From a virus (Duplodnaviria; Caudoviricetes), in IMG/VR virus record IMGVR_UViG_3300020045_004185, positions 1 through 29,157 of that record: DNA of 29,157 bases; one strand, 5' to 3'. The notes beneath the pieces are model-generated. The model worked only from the letters and a program-made list of their open reading frames with translations. It was not told the DNA's origin and did not search any database. Shown here one piece after another: positions 8,469 through 13,590 of the stretch; position 1 is the stretch's first letter, and the number at the start of each line of letters is the position of its first letter. The position numbers and the translations under genes were made by a program.

Positions 8469-8500
8469 TTTGTATATTAAAATTATTTGTTTAATTTTAC
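8469..8500 (+). promoter_or_regulatory. rightward promoter reading into cassette array A
   Basis: TTTG...TAATTTTA; near mirror copy of 8396-8427. Confidence 0.5.
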
Positions 8501-8524
8501 ATCAATAAAGAATAACGATTTATA

Positions 8525-8648
8525 TAACGTATACGGATATGTGCAGTGCCGATATTAAAACTCGCACGAACTTTAATAAATAGTAATATGAAAACTAAAC
8601 AGAAAAAAGTAAAAAAAGATAAAAAGGCATTGCATATAGCCGATATTA
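8525..8648 (+). repeat. attC-like site A1 (124 nt)
   Basis: TAAC..CGGATATGTGCAGTGCC / GGCATTGCATATAGCCG..ATTA (core G replaced by A). Confidence 0.7.
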
Positions 8649-8731
8649 GCAAATCGTTTTGTGTTGTGTGCAAAACCGAACCAGCAGTAATTAAAGGACG
8701 TTGTTGTACCTGCCACTACGATTGCCCTTGA
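8588..8731 (+). CDS. cassette 1: 47-aa Cys-rich protein starting inside site A1
   Basis: MKTKQ...ALHIADISKSFCVVC...CCTC. Confidence 0.55.
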   Translation: MKTKQKKVKKDKKALHIADISKSFCVVCKTEPAVIKGRCCTCHYDCP

Positions 8732-8746
8732 TTACAAACTGTTTGC

Positions 8747-8870
8747 TAACGGTGTGGCTAACCGTAGTTGATGGAAATTGAAATATTAACTTTTAAATTT
8801 ATAAGACATGGATTTATTTACCGAACTTGGAAACATACTTAGGCCTGAAATTACGGTTGAGCCAGTGTTA
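8747..8870 (+). repeat. attC-like site A2 (124 nt)
   Basis: TAAC..TGGCTAACCGTAGTT / AATTACGGTT(G)AGCCA..GTTA, one extrahelical G. Confidence 0.75.
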
Positions 8871-9023
8871 TGCACAGGTTTTTACCGTTGTGGGTATTGT
8901 GGGCAACCTACTGATAAGGATGGAAGGCCATTAGATTATGAAGAATATAAATTGTTTACTGAGGATAATTTAAGTGATGCGGAAGCGGTGCATGGTTATT
9001 GTTGCCCACCAGAGCAATGGTAA
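8808..9023 (+). CDS. cassette 2: Cys-rich hypothetical protein starting inside site A2
   Basis: CGYCG...HGYCC; stop just before site A3. Confidence 0.65.
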   Translation: MDLFTELGNILRPEITVEPVLCTGFYRCGYCGQPTDKDGRPLDYEEYKLFTEDNLSDAEAVHGYCCPPEQW

Positions 9024-9031
9024 CTTATGCC

Positions 9032-9154
9032 TAACATTAAATGTATGAAATGTAGGCGGATAGGAATTACTGCCTTATCCGACTGCACGAACTAAATAGA
9101 AAGTAGAAAAGTATAAACCTGCACTGAACCGCCTATATTTTATACATATTGTTA
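9032..9154 (+). repeat. attC-like site A3 (123 nt)
   Basis: TAAC..ATGTATGAAATGTAGGCGG / CCGCCTATATTTTATACAT..GTTA. Confidence 0.8.
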
Positions 9155-9182
9155 GGCGTATGTGCTTTAATTTAAAATCGAA

Positions 9183-9416
9183 ATGATACATAAAGTTGAA
9201 ATGTTTACAATCAAATGCGATAACTGCGGAAAGTTATTCGAGGATGAGCATCAAGGATTTTGCGCTTGGAACTGTGAGAATGGAGCTTGGGATAATGCAA
9301 GTGATTCTGATTGGCATAAAGAAGATTACAATATTCATTATTGCCCCGATTGCTATTCTTTTGATGATGAAGATAATTTAATTCTCAAAAAAGTCGATGC
9401 CGATGCTGTTTCTTAG
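9183..9416 (+). CDS. cassette 3: Zn-finger-like hypothetical protein
   Basis: CDNCG...W...HYCPDC. Confidence 0.75.
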   Translation: MIHKVEMFTIKCDNCGKLFEDEHQGFCAWNCENGAWDNASDSDWHKEDYNIHYCPDCYSFDDEDNLILKKVDADAVS

Positions 9417-9425
9417 CATTACACC

Positions 9426-9549
9426 TAACGGTTCGTGTATGATTAGTAGCGGATTACGAGTGATAAACTTTCAAAATATAACAAATGATTGAACGAGATA
9501 CAGAACTTCAAAATAGCACTGAAACCGCTATTAATTATACACGGTGTTA
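9426..9549 (+). repeat. attC-like site A4 (124 nt)
   Basis: TAAC..CGTGTATGATTAGTAGCGG / CCGCTATTAATTATACACG..GTTA. Confidence 0.8.
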
Positions 9550-9610
9550 TAAGCCGTATTTGTTTGATTGTCAATTTAAAGTAAAATATTTTGAAAATAA
9601 ATAGCTTTTT

Positions 9611-9645
9611 ACTTGTATATATCATATATATTATATATCTTTACT
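9611..9645 (+). promoter_or_regulatory. internal promoter/operator of cassette 4
   Basis: TTG...TATCTTTA flanking the near-palindromic ATATATCATATATATTATATAT. Confidence 0.45.
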
Positions 9646-9675
9646 TCATAATTAATAACAATTAAAAATACGATT

Positions 9676-9918
9676 ATGAAAGCAACTATTAGTCAATTAT
9701 GGGAAACTGGACGTGAACTTATAAACTTTGATGGTGATGAATTTGAACGCCCACAGTCTTTTGCAGATTTGAAAAAATGTGAAAACGTGCTTTTAGGTGA
9801 TAAAATACCAGGAACAAAGATGCGTGAAGTGCTTATAGATAATTCTATTGTACTTGTTGAACCTATGACAGTAAGACACCCAGCAGGTGGAACCATGTAT
9901 ATACTCGAAGTACAATGA
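9676..9918 (+). CDS. cassette 4 gene a: hypothetical protein
   Basis: ORF track; A-rich leader. Confidence 0.7.
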   Translation: MKATISQLWETGRELINFDGDEFERPQSFADLKKCENVLLGDKIPGTKMREVLIDNSIVLVEPMTVRHPAGGTMYILEVQ

Positions 9919-10055
9919 AAAAAATAATAGATATACCAGAAACCATACTGCAAGAACTCAAAATCCTTGCAGTAAAATCGAATAAAGACTTGAAAAATTT
10001 TATTCAGGACGAACTTAAAAAACTTGTCGAAAACTCTCAATCGAAGCCGTCTTAA
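9915..10055 (+). CDS. cassette 4 gene b: 46-aa ribbon-helix-helix-like protein (not in ORF track)
   Basis: MKKIIDIPETILQELKILAVKSNKDLKNFIQDELKKLVE; ATGA overlap; stop abuts site A5. Confidence 0.7.
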   Translation: MKKIIDIPETILQELKILAVKSNKDLKNFIQDELKKLVENSQSKPS

Positions 10056-10064
10056 TATGGCTTA

Positions 10065-10180
10065 TAACGGTATGCGTATTGGCGTTGTTGCTAACACGAA
10101 TGTTAAATTGAAATACAAAACTTGATAATATGGAAAAAGATAAATTGAAAAACAAAAGCAATAACGCTAATACGCTGTTA
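10065..10180 (+). repeat. attC-like site A5 (116 nt)
   Basis: TAAC..GCGTATTGGCGTTGTTGCT / AGCAATAACGCTAATACGC.GTTA. Confidence 0.8.
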
Positions 10181-10396
10181 TGTGCTGATAATTTTACGGG
10201 TTACTTCGATGATGCTAACAAACCAATTTTTGTTGGTGATAAATTAAGAAGTGAGTGGAATTATGAAGTAATTGTAGTAAAAGACGAAGATGGTGATTAC
10301 AGCGGGAAATTGGTTTGTGATGATAACCACAGTTGTAAAAATATTCCTTATGCTTTAAATAAAGGCAAAGGTTATAGTAAAATTATTTGCACATAA
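10130..10396 (+). CDS. cassette 5: YopX-like C-terminal domain protein starting inside site A5
   Basis: FTGYFDDANKPIFVGDKL resembles the YopX motif TGLKDKNGKEIYEGD; its TAA stop is the TAA of the next TAAC. Confidence 0.6.
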   Translation: MEKDKLKNKSNNANTLLCADNFTGYFDDANKPIFVGDKLRSEWNYEVIVVKDEDGDYSGKLVCDDNHSCKNIPYALNKGKGYSKIICT

Positions 10397-10517
10397 CGTT
10401 TGGTGCTATGAGCAGTGCAGGATTAGAAACCACAAAACTATCAAATTATGATGAAGTTAATAAATAGTACAAACATTGAAAAACGCAGAAACCCTGCATT
10501 GCTTATAGCACGTGTTA
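10394..10517 (+). repeat. attC-like site A6 (124 nt)
   Basis: TAAC..GTGCTATGAGCAGTGCAGG / CCTGCATTGCTTATAGCAC..GTTA. Confidence 0.8.
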
Positions 10518-10557
10518 GGTGTCTGTATTTTTTAATTTTTTTAGGGGGGCTTTTTTT

Positions 10558-11322
10558 ATGATTTTACGAAGATTAGGAAATAAACAAATGATTGCTGAAA
10601 AAATACAAAAGCAATTTCCGAGCCATAATATTTATATTGAACCTTTTTTCGGTGCTGGTGGTATGTTTTTTAACAAACCAAAAGCAAAATATAATATCGT
10701 AAATGATTTGGATTCTGATGTTTTTAACTTATTTCAAGTTGTAAGCACTCGATTAGATGAACTGAAAAAAGCATTTGAATTAATGCCTATTCATTCGGAC
10801 TTACTCGAATATTGGAAAACAAATACAGAAGAAGAACCAATAAGAAAGGCACTAAGGTTTTTATTTATGAGCAATTTTACATACTTAGGTAAAGGAACAA
10901 CCATTGGGCTTGTTTGTGGAGATAGTAAGGGATTTTTAATGAGCAAAATTGATGAGACTGCAAAGTTTTTATTTGATGTGCAGTTTGCAAATTTTGATTT
11001 TAGAAAATTTATAAACAGCCTTTCTTTTAGAGATGAAGTTGAGCAAAGCAAATCATTTATTTATTGCGACCCACCATATTTGGGAACAGATGATAATTAT
11101 TCACACTCATTTACTGAAAATGATAGCAGTGAATTATTTGATTTGCTTTGTAATTCTGGGTGCAGATTTGCAATGAGTGAATTTGACCACCCGTTTATAT
11201 TAAAACAAGCCGAACAAAGAAATTTAAATTTAATCGTAATAGGAGAAAGGAAAAACTTAAAAAACCGTAGAACTGAAATTTTAATTACAAACTATGAAAA
11301 TGCACCTACTCTCTTTTCCTAA
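10558..11322 (+). CDS. cassette 6: D12-class (Dam-like) N6-adenine DNA methyltransferase
   Basis: GNK, YIEPFFGAGG, NDLD and YCDPPY motifs; ATG 10558 preferred to GTG 10519. Confidence 0.9.
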   Translation: MILRRLGNKQMIAEKIQKQFPSHNIYIEPFFGAGGMFFNKPKAKYNIVNDLDSDVFNLFQVVSTRLDELKKAFELMPIHSDLLEYWKTNTEEEPIRKALRFLFMSNFTYLGKGTTIGLVCGDSKGFLMSKIDETAKFLFDVQFANFDFRKFINSLSFRDEVEQSKSFIYCDPPYLGTDDNYSHSFTENDSSELFDLLCNSGCRFAMSEFDHPFILKQAEQRNLNLIVIGERKNLKNRRTEILITNYENAPTLFS

Positions 11323-11373
11323 CGGTTTTGAAAAAACCGAGTGCGTGGGCAAAAAATTAAAAAATATTGCACC

Positions 11374-11394
11374 TAACATACGTATAAACACACC
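11374..11394 (+). repeat. terminal half-site of array A (putative attI-like site)
   Basis: TAACATACGTATAAACACACC; 20/21 identical to the reverse complement of 902-922. Confidence 0.75.
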
Positions 11395-11531
11395 TACTAC
11401 TTATGTTATTATCAATCAACTACTTAACTAATCTATTTAACATTTATATTATAGTCGTACAATAAACGTTTTTGTAATTGATAATCAACAACATATCCAA
11501 TTAAATTGCTAAACGTTTATAAACGGATAAT

Positions 11532-11556
11532 AAAAAAGCCGGGATATTAACCCGGC
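11532..11556 (-). terminator. intrinsic terminator after the lysis genes
   Basis: GCCGGG-7nt-CCCGGC followed by T6 on the - strand. Confidence 0.75.
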
Positions 11557-11589
11557 ATGAACTAAACTTAAACTATTATGAAAAAAAAC

Positions 11590-12027
11590 CTACCTAAACT
11601 TTGAGCGAATCAAAAGAAACATTATAATAACTATTAAAGCGATTGACAAATATAGTGATAATCTGGTTCTATTTTCTAATTTGTTGCTTAATTTATCGTT
11701 ATCCTTTTTCAATTGTTCATTCAATGGGTTAACTTTTGTAACCTCATTATTTATATAGATACTATCAATCTTTACTTTCTCATTGGTTTGGTAAACGGTT
11801 CGATCCCTGAAGACTATATTAGCAAAAGTATCAGTTTTGGTTATTATCGAATCAAAGCGGACTATCTCTTTTTCAAATTTGGTCTTGTATTCGATTTCTC
11901 GTATTGTATCCCCCGGCAGATATTCGATAGTTTTGCAAGTTACTGTAAAAAAAAATATAGCTATTCCTAATACTATTAGCATTATATAATGCAATGGGTC
12001 AAACTGTAAATTCTCTTTATGTGTCAT
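11590..12027 (-). CDS. putative spanin-like lipoprotein/membrane protein
   Basis: N-terminal hydrophobic stretch ending in TC, coiled coil, C-terminal TM; last gene of the lysis block. Confidence 0.55.
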   Translation of the reverse strand: MTHKENLQFDPLHYIMLIVLGIAIFFFTVTCKTIEYLPGDTIREIEYKTKFEKEIVRFDSIITKTDTFANIVFRDRTVYQTNEKVKIDSIYINNEVTKVNPLNEQLKKDNDKLSNKLENRTRLSLYLSIALIVIIMFLLIRSKFR

Positions 12028-12056
12028 AATTTAAGTTTTTAAAAGTGAAACCGCCA

Positions 12057-12257
12057 TTACATTACCGGTTTTTTTATTGCCTTGTGAATTAATCCACTAC
12101 CTGCCAATAACCCAAACAACCATAATAGAATAGTTTTAATATCAGGGTTCATGTTTTGCAAAAATATTAAATCCATTTGCAGGAAAGTAGTTCCCATTAA
12201 ACCTATTATAGTTTTTTTACCGTCAAACCACTTTTTAATAAAGTTAATTGCTTTCAT
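12057..12257 (-). CDS. putative holin
   Basis: 66 aa, DGKKT, two hydrophobic segments, basic tail; adjacent to the putative endolysin. Confidence 0.55.
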   Translation of the reverse strand: MKAINFIKKWFDGKKTIIGLMGTTFLQMDLIFLQNMNPDIKTILLWLFGLLAGSGLIHKAIKKPVM

Positions 12258-12258
12258 G

Positions 12259-12720
12259 TTATAAATCGATTACGTTATAAAATATTTCCTCTCCGTTGTT
12301 CAAACGGTTATAAATACGCTCGTAAAAATGCTTTACAGCCGGTTGGCTTTCAGAACCTTCCAAACTGCCAAAACTCAAACGAGCCGAATAGTTTAAAAGC
12401 TGGCAGCCCTCCGTGTCTTTTTCAGTGTTACCGATATGAAAATAAATATTTTCAAAATTAGGAACATTTAAAACCTCTATAAAATACCTAAACCATCCAG
12501 AATAGTTTGGCCTTGTACGACATTTTAAAGTTAAGGGTGTGTCTTCTTTTCGGATGCCTAACTTATACCTTCCTGCAGGTATTCTAGTTTCGCCTTTTAC
12601 TTTTATAGCCTTGTACCCATCTTCAACCACAAAGCAAAGCGGATATTCTTTTTCAAAGGTTAATATTCCAAGTGAGCTATTAGCCCCTATCTTTTGGCGT
12701 TCGTTAAATATTTCCATCAT
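12259..12720 (-). CDS. DUF5675-family protein (putative endolysin)
   Basis: KGETRIPAGRY, NVPNFENIYFHIGNTEKDTEGCQL. Confidence 0.75.
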   Translation of the reverse strand: MMEIFNERQKIGANSSLGILTFEKEYPLCFVVEDGYKAIKVKGETRIPAGRYKLGIRKEDTPLTLKCRTRPNYSGWFRYFIEVLNVPNFENIYFHIGNTEKDTEGCQLLNYSARLSFGSLEGSESQPAVKHFYERIYNRLNNGEEIFYNVIDL

Positions 12721-12938
12721 AATCCTTTGCTTGATAAATAAATTGTAATTACTGCTATTGTGACTGCATAAACACCTGTAATAGCCAACATTGCACCCTT
12801 TTGCCTATTCGCTATTGCTTCCAAATCTGTAACTCTATCATCTATTTTATTCGTGTTTTCTTCAATCTTTTCGAGCATTTCTTTTATATAGCCAAAATTG
12901 GCTGCAATAAGTTTCTCCTGTGTGCATTTATGTTCCAT
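12717..12938 (-). CDS. small coiled-coil protein with C-terminal TM (holin/XhlA-like)
   Basis: KIDDRVTDLE followed by a hydrophobic helix. Confidence 0.55.
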   Translation of the reverse strand: MEHKCTQEKLIAANFGYIKEMLEKIEENTNKIDDRVTDLEAIANRQKGAMLAITGVYAVTIAVITIYLSSKGL

Positions 12939-12957
12939 CTATTTAAAGATTATAGGG

Positions 12958-13590
12958 TTATACTAATAAATCATTATAATTTGGAGCGCAATAATATAAT
13001 CCTGCTGACACGCTCCATTCTGTTTCATTAACTCTTTTTGTTAGTGCTGTTCCATCGTTTAATTTGGTGCAACGCCAATTTGATGCAGTCCAATACTGTG
13101 TACCTATTTGAACAACATTATAAACATTCCCTTCGTAATCAGTTATGGTGCTTGCTGGTGTACCGCCTCCGTTGTAAAGCAACCTAACCGAATGCCCTTC
13201 ATTTAAATCCGATACTGCTAATTGATAAACATAAGTGTCGTTATCTAATGCACCATAATGATAATAATCAGATACATCTTCATCTACCCAAAAAGATCCA
13301 ACCTCTTTTAAATCTTGATATATTCCATTTGGCCAATTCCAACCGGCCCCAAGCAACCTAAAATTATAATCATTAGTTCCGGGATTTGTTAAATTCCAAA
13401 ATCTTGAATCAGCCATTTTTAATTTAGTTCCACCAGAATAATAATCAATATAAGCAACTAAAATCTGTCCATGTGTATTATTAGGTATAACCCAACCAGT
13501 AGGCGCAAAATTCGCATCGAAAACGGCATCACCATTATAGATATACCCCATGCCTTCAGGCTTTCCAAATATATAAGGGTTGATTATCAT
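12958..13590 (-). CDS. FISUMP (Fib_succ_major)-like protein, apparently circularly permuted; putative receptor-binding protein
   Basis: GYIYN, PTGWVIP, GGTKLK and GHSVRLL precede TDYEGNVYNVVQIGTQYW. Confidence 0.7.
   Translation of the reverse strand: MIINPYIFGKPEGMGYIYNGDAVFDANFAPTGWVIPNNTHGQILVAYIDYYSGGTKLKMADSRFWNLTNPGTNDYNFRLLGAGWNWPNGIYQDLKEVGSFWVDEDVSDYYHYGALDNDTYVYQLAVSDLNEGHSVRLLYNGGGTPASTITDYEGNVYNVVQIGTQYWTASNWRCTKLNDGTALTKRVNETEWSVSAGLYYCAPNYNDLLV

Larger units (their letters stand above)
8522..11394 (+). mobile_element. integron-like cassette array A (6 cassettes, no integrase in window)
   Basis: Six TAAC...GTTA hairpins alternate with cargo; each cargo has complementary ends; terminal half-site closes the array. 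Confidence 0.8.

Noticed and set aside
8525-10517. Hairpins as simple intrinsic terminators
   Set aside because: Loops are ~70-90 nt, there are no consistent U-tracts, ORFs read through them, and termination does not explain the complementary cassette ends.
9196-11051. Alternative ORFs 9196-9381(+), 9443-9625(-), 9693-10040(-), 10791-11051(-)
   Set aside because: They overlap better-supported cassette genes or sites and have no recognisable motifs.
11319-11340. CCTAACGGTTTTGAAAAAACCG as a seventh attC-like site
   Set aside because: Only a short stem with no distal arm or GTTA; the true cassette end matches at 11351-11377.
8522-11394. CRISPR array interpretation of the repeats
   Set aside because: Repeats are ~124 nt and non-identical, intervening segments are ~100-860 nt and coding, and no cas genes are present.
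12958-13590. Diversity-generating retroelement
   Set aside because: No reverse transcriptase or template repeat seen in the window.
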